64,000 nt of DNA from an uncultured Actinomycetota bacterium (GTDB taxonomy: Bacteria; Actinomycetota; UBA4738; HRBIN12), in contig CAWIUW010000002.1 of assembly GCA_963839395.1 (NCBI GenBank), forward strand, positions 64,057 to 128,056, given 5' to 3'. Below are positions 53,053 through 61,215 of this stretch, piece by piece. The position numbers and the translations under genes are program-made. Every line of letters begins with the position of its first letter. The first letter of the stretch is position 1. A model generated the notes under the pieces. The model made no database searches. It was not told the origin of the DNA and worked only from the letters and a program-made list of their open reading frames with translations.

Positions 53053-53774
53053 GCGATCACGATCGCTTCCCCGATCACCTTCTCCTCCGGGATATAACCG
53101 AGCCCGCCCGGGGGCGGGAACCTCGAATCACCTGAGTGCAGCCGATTGTCGCCCAACACGAAGAGCATGCCATCCGGAACCGTCTCCGGGCCGAAGTCCC
53201 GGGAATCTCGTTCCGCAGCCACGTACGGCTCGCGGACCTCTGTGCCGTTCACGAACAGCACACCTCGGCGCATCTCCCACGTGTCCCCCTCGAGGGCGAC
53301 CACGCGCTTGATGAAGTCGTCGTCCTCGGGTCGCGCCACGCCGATCCCTTCTCCGAGCCACTTGAGGAACCCGCCGACGATCCCGCGCTCCTCGTGCGGC
53401 GCCGGATCGGGATCGGAGAACACGATGACGTCGCCGTACGTCACGTCGTCGAACACCTTGCAGATGCGACACACGATGATGCGATCCCCCGGCCGGAGCG
53501 TGGGCTCCATCGAGACGGACGGGATGAAGAAGGCTTGGATGAGGAAGCTCTTGATCAGGATCGCGAGCACGAGCGCCGCCACGATGAGCGGCACGAGCTC
53601 CCGGAGGGCGCCTCCAACGCCCTCCGACTTCGGCGTGTCTCGTTTCGAGCCTCTGCCGGCCGCGGCGTGGCGGCCCAACCGGCGACCGACGGGTGCGTCC
53701 GCGTCCGCTTCAGGGGTGTGCGTGGAGGGCGGTGCCGGGCCGGCCTCCTCGGCCGGGTCCCGTGTGTCGGCCAC
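53019..53774 (-). CDS. lepB: signal peptidase I
   Basis: IPSVSMEPTL, FIKRV, GDNRLHSGDSR. Confidence 0.94.
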   Translation of the reverse strand: MADTRDPAEEAGPAPPSTHTPEADADAPVGRRLGRHAAAGRGSKRDTPKSEGVGGALRELVPLIVAALVLAILIKSFLIQAFFIPSVSMEPTLRPGDRIIVCRICKVFDDVTYGDVIVFSDPDPAPHEERGIVGGFLKWLGEGIGVARPEDDDFIKRVVALEGDTWEMRRGVLFVNGTEVREPYVAAERDSRDFGPETVPDGMLFVLGDNRLHSGDSRFPPPGGLGYIPEEKVIGEAIVIAWPLGRIGGID

Positions 53775-54374
53775 TCAGGCCTCGGCCTGCTCCTCCGCCT
53801 CGGCGGCGGATGCGTCCGGGCCGGCCTCCTCGACCGCGTCGACCTCGGCGGGCTCCGATCCGGTCGCCGGCTCGTCCGTCGCGGGATCGTCACGATCCGC
53901 GGCGGCGTCCGGATCGAGCTCGGCGGCGGTCTCCGCCTCCTCGATCGCATCCATCGAGCCCGCGTCGACGGGGTCCTCGATCTCTTCGTCCTCGGCGGCC
54001 ATCGCCTCCATCGCCGCGAGCTTGGCCTCGTCGATGCGCCGCTCCTTGATGCGAGCCTTCTTCCCTCGGAGGTCGCGGAGGTAATAGAGCTTGGCCCTTC
54101 GGACGTGGCCACGCTGCGTGATCTCGAGCTTGGCGATCGAGGGCGAATGCAAGGGGAACGTGCGCTCGACACCCACGCCGAAGGAGATCTTCCGGACCGT
54201 GAACGTCTCGCGGAGGCCGCCGCCCGAGCGCCGGATCACGACGCCCTGGAACACCTGCACGCGCTCCCTGTTCCCTTCCACGACTCGGACGTGCACCTTG
54301 ACGGTGTCGCCAGGCCTGAAGTGAGGGAGCCCCTTGCGCAGGTACGACTTCTCGACGAGATCAGTGGTGTTCAT
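53775..54374 (-). CDS. rplS: 50S ribosomal protein L19 with acidic C-terminal extension
   Basis: [39 protein letters not shown]; the true start is inside the longer track ORF. Confidence 0.96.
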   Translation of the reverse strand: MNTTDLVEKSYLRKGLPHFRPGDTVKVHVRVVEGNRERVQVFQGVVIRRSGGGLRETFTVRKISFGVGVERTFPLHSPSIAKLEITQRGHVRRAKLYYLRDLRGKKARIKERRIDEAKLAAMEAMAAEDEEIEDPVDAGSMDAIEEAETAAELDPDAAADRDDPATDEPATGSEPAEVDAVEEAGPDASAAEAEEQAEA

Positions 54375-54539
54375 AAGGGCGGCGAGCAAGGATACCAGCG
54401 GGGCCTCCCGGTCCGGCCGCAGGACCCCGTGTGCCGACCCTGCGATGTCCGTTGCGAGGAAGTGACGACCGCGTCGCAGGGAGGTGACGTTCGTGGCCAC
54501 GCCGTTGAGCGCGCCGGGATACGGGCGAAGGATGGCCCG

Positions 54540-56003
54540 ATGAGCCCGCAGAAGAACACGCAGCTGCCAACGCTCGGCGGCGCTGTCATCCTCGGCTGGG
54601 CGCTCGCCTTCGGTCTCGTCGTGGACGTCTGGTCCCAGGGTCCACCGGGACTCGGGATGCTCCTCGCGGCCACGCTCGCCGCGCTCGGGCTGGTCCTCAC
54701 CGGCCGACCGAAGCCATGGTCGGCCGTGTTCCTCGGCGGCGGCCTCCTGCTCGTGTCCTTCGTGGTCATCCGTGACAGCCCTGTGCTCGCTGGCCTCGAC
54801 GTCCTCACCGCGATCGGACTGTTCGCCCTCGCGGGTTCGTTCGCCCGCCAAGGCGACCCCCTTCATGCCGGCATCCGTGCCTACGCCGCTCGCGCGCTCG
54901 CGTGGACCATGTCGATCCCGGCGGCCGCCGCGATGGCTCTTCGGCCGCTCACTCGGCTCGTCCCCGGTCGGCGTCGCCCGCTCGTCCTCCCGCGCGCCCT
55001 GTTGATCGCGCTCCCCGCCGGATGCGCGTTCGCTCTCCTGCTCGGCTCGGCCGACGCGGTCTTCGCGAAACTCCTCAGAGCTCCCTTCGAACACGTGCCG
55101 TTCGGCGATCTGCCCGAGCACGTCTTCGTGGTCGCGGCGGCCGGCGGCGCGTTCCTCACCCTCGCCGTCCGGTCGTCGGTCCCACCCGCGTTGGGATGGA
55201 CCGAGAAACCCATCGAGGGCGGCGGGCTGCGCCCCCTCGATTGGACCGCGCTCCTCGTGACCGTGGATGCGGTCTTCGCCCTGTTCGTCGGCGTGCAACT
55301 CGTCGCGTTCTTCGGAGGCCGAAGCCACGTGCTGGCCGAGACGGGTCTCACGTTCGCCGAGTACGCACGATCGGGCTTCTGGCAGATGCTCGTCGCGGCG
55401 ACGCTCACCGGGCTCGTGATCGCCGCCGCATGGATCGGCGGACGCCCCGCTGTCGGTCGAGAGCGAACCAGGTTCAAGGTCCTCGCCTCGGTGCTGGTCG
55501 GCCTCTCGCTGGTCGTCCTCGCGAGTGCGTTCCAGCGCCTCGTGCTGTACGAGACCGAGTTCGGCTATACCTGGCCGCGGCTGATCGGGCACGCCGCGAT
55601 CCTGCTCACGGCGGCGTTGCTGGCATCCGGCCTGGTCGCCGTGTTGACGGGCCGGACGTCCTGGCTCCCCGCCGCCGCGCTCGGCTTCGGGTTGCTCACC
55701 CTCCTGGGACTGAACCTCCTCGACGCCGAGGCGTTCATCGCGGAGCGCAACCTCGCTCGCGTCGAGCGCGGCTACGAGCTGGACACGAGGGAGCTGGCAT
55801 CGCTCTCCGCGGATGCCGTCCCCGCGATCGCCGCCGCCATCCCCGAGCTGGATCCTTCGATCCGGCCGCAGGTCGAGCGGGACCTGTCGTGCATGCGCGC
55901 TGCCCTCCGCAGGGACGTCGATCGTTTCGGCTGGAGCTCCTTCAACGTCGCGCGGGACGTCGCCCTCGAGCGGCTCAACCCGATGGTCCTTCCTCCCTGT
56001 TAG
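54540..56003 (+). CDS. DUF4153/DUF4173 family membrane protein
   Basis: [41 protein letters not shown]. Confidence 0.8.
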   Translation: MSPQKNTQLPTLGGAVILGWALAFGLVVDVWSQGPPGLGMLLAATLAALGLVLTGRPKPWSAVFLGGGLLLVSFVVIRDSPVLAGLDVLTAIGLFALAGSFARQGDPLHAGIRAYAARALAWTMSIPAAAAMALRPLTRLVPGRRRPLVLPRALLIALPAGCAFALLLGSADAVFAKLLRAPFEHVPFGDLPEHVFVVAAAGGAFLTLAVRSSVPPALGWTEKPIEGGGLRPLDWTALLVTVDAVFALFVGVQLVAFFGGRSHVLAETGLTFAEYARSGFWQMLVAATLTGLVIAAAWIGGRPAVGRERTRFKVLASVLVGLSLVVLASAFQRLVLYETEFGYTWPRLIGHAAILLTAALLASGLVAVLTGRTSWLPAAALGFGLLTLLGLNLLDAEAFIAERNLARVERGYELDTRELASLSADAVPAIAAAIPELDPSIRPQVERDLSCMRAALRRDVDRFGWSSFNVARDVALERLNPMVLPPC

Positions 56004-56671
56004 CCGGCCAGATCCGGCCGATTCCGTCGTGTCTTCTCATGGGCGGCGTCGCGTCGCCATCGCTCGACCGCGCCGTGATCGCCCGAGAGGAGCACCGCGG
56101 GCACGGCCCTCCCGCGGAACTCCGCCGGCCGGGTGTAGTGGGGATGATCCAGCAGCCCGGGCTCCGCGAACGAATCTCGCTCGTGCGACTCCTCCTTGCC
56201 GATCACACCGGGGACGAGCCGGGTGACGGCCTCGATCACGACGAGCGCCGGGACCTCCCCACCGGCGAGCACGTAATCACCGATCGACACCTCCTCTGCG
56301 GGGAGAGCCTCGGCCACCCGCTCGTCCACGCCCTCGTACCGGCCGCACAGGAGCGTCAGGTGCTCCTCTCGGGCGAGCTCCCGAACGAACGCCTGGTCGA
56401 GGCGTCGACCCGCCGGCGACAGGAGCAGCACGCGCCCACGATCGGGGTCGAGCGACTCAACCGCAGCGAAGAACGGCTCGGGCTTCATCACCATCCCCGG
56501 GCCGCCGCCGTAGGCCTCGTCGTCGACCGTCCGGTGACGATCCTCCGACCACTCGCGGAGGTCGTGGACGCGGACGTCCAGGAGCTCGTCATCGATCGCC
56601 CTTCCCAGGAGACTCTCCCGCAGAGGACCTTCCAGGATCGCGGGGAAGATCGTGAACACATCGATCCGCAT
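56000..56671 (-). CDS. trmD: tRNA (guanine-N1)-methyltransferase
   Basis: [35 protein letters not shown]; own -10 element (TAGCCT) 6 nt upstream. Confidence 0.97.
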   Translation of the reverse strand: MRIDVFTIFPAILEGPLRESLLGRAIDDELLDVRVHDLREWSEDRHRTVDDEAYGGGPGMVMKPEPFFAAVESLDPDRGRVLLLSPAGRRLDQAFVRELAREEHLTLLCGRYEGVDERVAEALPAEEVSIGDYVLAGGEVPALVVIEAVTRLVPGVIGKEESHERDSFAEPGLLDHPHYTRPAEFRGRAVPAVLLSGDHGAVERWRRDAAHEKTRRNRPDLAG

Positions 56672-56767
56672 CGAGCGAGGCTAGCAACGTTGCGTCCGCG
56701 AGCGTGGCGCGTCAGGATGCCGCCGGACCGACAGCCCGTCGGTGAAGGCGGGGAGAGCTCGAGTGCC

Positions 56768-59062
56768 ATGAATGCGATGACCTGGATCGTCGTCAGCGTG
56801 ATCGTGTTCATCGCGCTCGTGATCGTGGTCGACGGCGTGCGGCAGCGCCGGATCCGGGCAGCCCGGACGATCGACCTGCGCGGGCCGGTTGCCGCGCGCC
56901 TCGCGGAACGTGGGCCCGCGGTGCTCACGTCGGCGCTCGCCTCGGCACTCACACGGGAGCCGCCCGTTCACGCCGATCTCTACGTCAACCTCACCGAGGC
57001 GTTGGAGGTCGCGAACCTGCGTCCGCGCGTACAGGACCGTGCGGAGGTGAAGATCTTCCGCCTTCGGTGGGGGAACGATTACGCGATGCTGTCGCGCGCG
57101 GACCGTGAGCTCCACTATCGCTTGGAGGTCTGGGAGGCAGAGCTCCTGCCGAAGATGGACGGCACCCGCACGGTCGGAGAGCTCGTGGTCGAGCGGATGG
57201 AGGCCGGGGGCGGCCTCGACGCAGAACCGGTCACCGATCTCGTGTTGGCTCTGCAGGCGGGAGGATTCCTCGATCCCGCCCCCATCCCCACCGACGAGCT
57301 GATCGTCGACCGCCTGGATCCCTCCTCCCCGGGACGGAAGAAGTTGAAGCGCTTCGGAAAGACCTTGTCGATCGACTGGAAGGGGGCGGATCGGTTCGTC
57401 CGCTTCTGCTACCGGAACCTGCTGCGGCCCTTCTTCTGGTGGCCGGTGGCGTTGGTCTCCGGACTCGTCGCGATCGCCGGCCTCCTGGCGTTCTTCGAGG
57501 TCCATGCCTCGGGGCAGTTCGCGAAGGTGTTCGATGAAGAATCGGCGCCGGCCGAGGCGGGCATCCTGCTCGCGCTCGCGTTCTTCCTCACGTTCATGCA
57601 CGAGCTCGGTCATGCCGTCGTGATCTCGCGCTACGACCGGAAGGTGAAGAGCGCGGGGTTCATGATCTACTTCGGCGCGCCCGCGTTCTTCGTGGAGGCG
57701 ACGGACAGCCTCATGCTCGACCGCCGCCAGCGGATAGTCCAATCGTCTGCAGGACCTTTCACGGAGCTGATCATCGCCGGGGTTGCCTCCATCGCCGTCT
57801 TCGCGTTCCCCACGAGCCCCGTGGCGGGACTGCTCTACAAGTTCGCCTGGCTGAACTATCTGGTGATCTTCTTGAACCTCATCCCGCTCCTCGAGCTCGA
57901 CGGGTACTGGATCCTCTCCGACGCGATCCAGGTCCCGGATCTCCGTCCGCGGTCCCTGCGGTTCATCCAGCACGACCTCTGGCACAAGCTGCGCGTCCGC
58001 GAACGGCTCACGCCCCAGGAGTGGGGGCTCGGTTGGTACGGCATCGCCGGCGTCGTGTTCACGATCTTCTCGTTCTGGACGGGGTACATCTTCTGGAAGG
58101 AGATCTTCGGCGAGCTGATCGTCAGTCTGTGGAAGGGGAACCTCGGGTCCAAGATCCTCCTGGTCCTGCTCGGCGTGTTCCTCGCGGGGCCGATCCTGCG
58201 TGGGTTGCTGAACCTCGGTCGGATCTTGTTCCGGAGACTGCGAGGGCTGATCAACTCGATCCGGTTCCGGTTCGAGACCTCATGGCGGGTCGAAGCGGCG
58301 GAACTGATCGACGCCTTGCCGGCGTTCGACGATCTGCCCGAGAGCGTGCTCTCGGACCTCGCGGGACGCCTCCACCTGCGGATCATCCGACCGGGCGAGC
58401 CAGTGTTCCGGCAGGGAGATCGACCGGACGCCTTCTACGTCGTTCGGCGGGGAACCGTGCAGATCGAAGATGAAGATCAGGAAACGGGAGATACGCGGGT
58501 GCTCCGAGCTATGACGCGAGGCGAGTCGTTCGGCGAGATGGGCCTCCTCGGATCACACCGGCGCCAGGCGACCGTCCGGGCGGTCGACGACGTGGAGTTG
58601 TTCGTGGTCGACAAGGGGACGTTCGATCGGCTCCTGGCAGAAGACATGCGGGCGCCGGACTTCGCGCACACGATGCAGGCATTGGCCGAGCTCCGGGAGC
58701 TCTCGGTCTTCCACGGACTCGACTCGGAGCAGTTGAACGGGATCCTCGAGCACGGGGAGTGGGTCACGGCGGCGCACGGCGACCGTCTCGTGACGCAAGG
58801 GGAACCCGGTGACCGCTTCTACGTGATCCAGTCGGGCAGGGCAGAGATCGTTCGGGACGGCACCGTCATCGACTCGGTCAGCAAGGGCATGTATTTCGGA
58901 GAGGTGGCGCTGCTCCGCGACATCCCCAGAACCGCAACGGTCGTCGCGGCCACGCCGATGCGCGTCTTCGCCCTCGATCGGGACGGCTTCGAGCTCGTCG
59001 TCGCCGATGCCTTCCGCCGCGGTACGCTCCGCCCCGCCGCCGACCGTATCTGGCAGCACTGA
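56768..59062 (+). CDS. membrane protein: N-terminal TM + PqqD/RRE-like domain + YydH-type M50 peptidase + two cyclic-nucleotide-binding domains
   Basis: RRE-like ...MDGTRTVGEL...LVLALQAGGFL; HELGH, AGP and NLIPLLELDGY; cNMP cassettes FGEMGLLGSHRRQATV and FGEVALLRDIPRTATV. Start at 56717, 56768 or 56777. Confidence 0.85.
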   Translation: MNAMTWIVVSVIVFIALVIVVDGVRQRRIRAARTIDLRGPVAARLAERGPAVLTSALASALTREPPVHADLYVNLTEALEVANLRPRVQDRAEVKIFRLRWGNDYAMLSRADRELHYRLEVWEAELLPKMDGTRTVGELVVERMEAGGGLDAEPVTDLVLALQAGGFLDPAPIPTDELIVDRLDPSSPGRKKLKRFGKTLSIDWKGADRFVRFCYRNLLRPFFWWPVALVSGLVAIAGLLAFFEVHASGQFAKVFDEESAPAEAGILLALAFFLTFMHELGHAVVISRYDRKVKSAGFMIYFGAPAFFVEATDSLMLDRRQRIVQSSAGPFTELIIAGVASIAVFAFPTSPVAGLLYKFAWLNYLVIFLNLIPLLELDGYWILSDAIQVPDLRPRSLRFIQHDLWHKLRVRERLTPQEWGLGWYGIAGVVFTIFSFWTGYIFWKEIFGELIVSLWKGNLGSKILLVLLGVFLAGPILRGLLNLGRILFRRLRGLINSIRFRFETSWRVEAAELIDALPAFDDLPESVLSDLAGRLHLRIIRPGEPVFRQGDRPDAFYVVRRGTVQIEDEDQETGDTRVLRAMTRGESFGEMGLLGSHRRQATVRAVDDVELFVVDKGTFDRLLAEDMRAPDFAHTMQALAELRELSVFHGLDSEQLNGILEHGEWVTAAHGDRLVTQGEPGDRFYVIQSGRAEIVRDGTVIDSVSKGMYFGEVALLRDIPRTATVVAATPMRVFALDRDGFELVVADAFRRGTLRPAADRIWQH

Positions 59063-59073
59063 GGAGGGATCGC

Positions 59074-59286
59074 GTGGATTGCTGGCACTGCCGCAGGAAC
59101 GCCGTGGGGAGCTGTCGCTTCTGCGGTCGCGGGGTCTGCGAGGACCATGCGGAGACCCAGCCGTTCGTGCTGGAGCTCTACAGGAGCAAGGACGTCACGC
59201 GAGCGCTCGTGGTCGAGGACGCCTTGTGGTGCGCTGCCTGCACGCCCCGGCCCGATCCGGTGGACCTGCCGGAGCTCGACGCCTGA
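59074..59286 (+). CDS. small zinc-finger protein (DUF2180/B-box-like)
   Basis: CWHC...CRFCG..C..H...CAAC; GGAGGG SD directly after the M50 gene stop. Confidence 0.75.
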   Translation: MDCWHCRRNAVGSCRFCGRGVCEDHAETQPFVLELYRSKDVTRALVVEDALWCAACTPRPDPVDLPELDA

Positions 59287-59295
59287 GACCCCATC

Positions 59296-59432
59296 CCGGA
59301 TGTGACCTGCGTCACATCCGGAGGCTGTTCGGCGTCACATCCCGGACCGGCCGCGCATCACACCGATCGGCGTGACGAACGACACCCCTCCTTCGTGACC
59401 TGCGCCACCGACCCTCCGTGACCCGGGCGACA
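59296..59432. promoter_or_regulatory. array of six CRP/GlxR-type boxes, 23-bp period
   Basis: Perfect TGTGA-N6-TCACA at 59301, within a 10-bp inverted repeat (59296-59321); partial boxes at 59324, 59347, 59371, 59394 and 59417. Confidence 0.7.
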
Positions 59433-59495
59433 TGATTCGGGTGTCGAAGAACGGGGCCCGACCCGGGCCCAAGGACTCAGGAGGAGGACCCTGGG

Positions 59496-59654
59496 ATGGC
59501 GGACAAGAAGATCACCCCGAAGGCTGCGGACTCCAAGGACAAGCAGACCGGCGACCGTGCCGCTGCTCGCGTCTCGCTGAAGAAGACCGCGAGGCAGACG
59601 AAGCGTCAGACGACCAAGAAGACCGCACGGAAGATGACCCACAAGAAGATCTGA
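59496..59654 (+). CDS. 52-aa Lys/Arg/Thr-rich peptide MADKKITPKAADSKDKQTGDRAAARVSLKKTARQTKRQTTKKTARKMTHKKI
   Basis: Strong SD (AGGAGGAGG) before the ATG, all 13 Lys codons are AAG, terminator downstream; below the ORF-track size cutoff. Confidence 0.8.
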   Translation: MADKKITPKAADSKDKQTGDRAAARVSLKKTARQTKRQTTKKTARKMTHKKI

Positions 59655-59673
59655 TCCTCGATCCCACATCGTT

Positions 59674-59706
59674 CGAAGAGCGGGGCCCCTCCGGCCCCGC
59701 TCTTCG
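59674..59706 (+). terminator. probable intrinsic terminator after the peptide gene
   Basis: 14-bp perfect stem CGAAGAGCGGGGCC-N5-GGCCCCGCTCTTCG. Confidence 0.75.
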
Positions 59707-59751
59707 CGTTCAGGCTGGCCTGAGCGATGCGGCGAGGCTAGTCTCCTGGTC

Positions 59752-60453
59752 ATGCGGCGCTCCGACGACCTCCACGTTGGCAAGGTGATGGCGGGCGCCC
59801 CGTTCCTCGAGGACGTGCCGCGGAAGGCGCTCGACCGCTTCTCCTCAGAAGGCGCCGTGCATCGGTTCCGCCGCGGCACCTACCTGTGCCACCAGGGTGA
59901 CCCCGACGGTGACGTGTTCTTCCTCGTCTCGGGCCGGGTCGAGATCAGCTCCGAAACGGCCAACGGGAACCGTGTGCTGCACGCGACCCTCGATAGCCCG
60001 GGATTCGTCGGCGAGCTGTCGGCGCTGGGGAAGATGCCGAGGACGGCGAGCGTCCTCACGCTCGACGACTCGGACGTCTGGTCCACGGGACCGGAGACGT
60101 TCCTCGATTTCGTGACCGCTGAGCCGGCTGCTTCCCGCGGCTTCCTCCAGGCGCTCGCCCGACAGGTCCGGGAGCATCAGTCCTTCACCGACGACCTCCT
60201 GCACCTCGATCTCAAGGGGCGGCTCGCGAAGAGACTCCTCCAGCTCGTGACACCAACGCTCGATGAGCTGCCGAAGGACGGGGTGCTCGTCCCCGCCGTC
60301 ACACACGCGGACCTCGCGAGCCTGTGCGGCGGGAGCCGAGAGAACGTGACCCGCATCCTCACCGAATGGCAGCGTCGGGGGCTCGTGGAGCGTGACGGCC
60401 ATCGCTACGTGCTCAAGAAGGTCGCGGGGCTGGCGAAGATCGCCGACCTCTAA
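59752..60453 (+). CDS. Crp/Fnr family transcriptional regulator
   Basis: cNMP cassette VGELSALGKMPRTASV; HTH THADLASLCGGSRENVTR; TAGTCT -10 element 7 nt before the ATG. Confidence 0.92.
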   Translation: MRRSDDLHVGKVMAGAPFLEDVPRKALDRFSSEGAVHRFRRGTYLCHQGDPDGDVFFLVSGRVEISSETANGNRVLHATLDSPGFVGELSALGKMPRTASVLTLDDSDVWSTGPETFLDFVTAEPAASRGFLQALARQVREHQSFTDDLLHLDLKGRLAKRLLQLVTPTLDELPKDGVLVPAVTHADLASLCGGSRENVTRILTEWQRRGLVERDGHRYVLKKVAGLAKIADL

Positions 60454-60983
60454 TCCTCGGTCTGCTCTGCTGTTCCTTCTGGCACGGTCAGTCCCGGGAC
60501 GTCGTCGACCACGATCGTTCGGGCCTCGACGTCGACGTCGATCAGGAGGTCGGCGAGCGCAGGCACGAGCGTTTCGACCCCCTCGTCGTTGACAGCCACC
60601 CAGATGTCGTTCGCAGGATTGGGGATGACCTCCTTGACGACCCCGAGGGCGCGGCCGGACGCGGTCCGCACCTCGCAGCCCTCGAGCTGATGTGCCCACC
60701 ACTCTCCCTCGGCGAGATCGGGGAGCCAGGACTCGGGGACGACGAGGACGGTCCCGCGGATGCGCTCGGCGGCGGTCCGGTCCGCGATGCCGGCGAATTT
60801 CACGAGCAGCCGGCGCCCGTGTCGCCGGCTCGACTCGATCGTCAGGGCGGTGCCGTCTTCGCGAAGGACGGTGCCACCGGGCGCCCAACGATCGGGGTTG
60901 TCGGATCGATTCTGGATGGAGACGTCGCCACGGAGGCCGTGGACGCCGGTCACGACGCCGACGACCACGGTCGGCTCGTCCAC
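60450..60983 (-). CDS. rimM: ribosome maturation factor RimM
   Basis: VGVVTGVHGLRG, DRTAAE, EWWAHQLEGC, ANDIW, LVPA. Confidence 0.9.
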   Translation of the reverse strand: MDEPTVVVGVVTGVHGLRGDVSIQNRSDNPDRWAPGGTVLREDGTALTIESSRRHGRRLLVKFAGIADRTAAERIRGTVLVVPESWLPDLAEGEWWAHQLEGCEVRTASGRALGVVKEVIPNPANDIWVAVNDEGVETLVPALADLLIDVDVEARTIVVDDVPGLTVPEGTAEQTED

Positions 60984-60984
60984 C

Positions 60985-61215
60985 TCAGTCTTCGATGTCC
61001 ACCATGGCGCCGTGTCCCTGGCGCTGGGCGGCCGCGCGGACGACCGTCCGGATCGCCTTGGCCGTGCGGCCGCCCCGGCCGATGACCTTGCCCATGTCCT
61101 CGGGAGCGACGCGGACGCGATAGCGCGGCCCGCGCTCATCGTGGGTCTCTTCGACGGTCACCGCGTCCGGTTCGTCGACCAGCTCCTGGACGAGGAACTC
61201 GACGAGGTCTTTCAC
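60985..61215 (-). CDS. khpA: KH-domain RNA-binding protein KhpA
   Basis: LVDEPDAV...DMGKVIGRGGRTAKAIRTVV. Confidence 0.93.
   Translation of the reverse strand: MKDLVEFLVQELVDEPDAVTVEETHDERGPRYRVRVAPEDMGKVIGRGGRTAKAIRTVVRAAAQRQGHGAMVDIED

Noticed and set aside
54902-56767. 1386-aa ORF suggesting a giant protein
   Set aside because: The 5' ~620 codons overlap the DUF4153 gene in another frame and trmD on the opposite strand; the real gene starts near 56768.
59296-59432. 23-bp periodic region as a mini-CRISPR or iteron array
   Set aside because: Units are degenerate with no repeat-spacer structure and no cas or rep gene; they match the CRP consensus instead.
59432-59788. 118-aa track ORF covering the peptide locus
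   Set aside because: No SD, and it runs through the terminator into the crp start. The 59496-59654 frame has the SD, codon bias and terminator.
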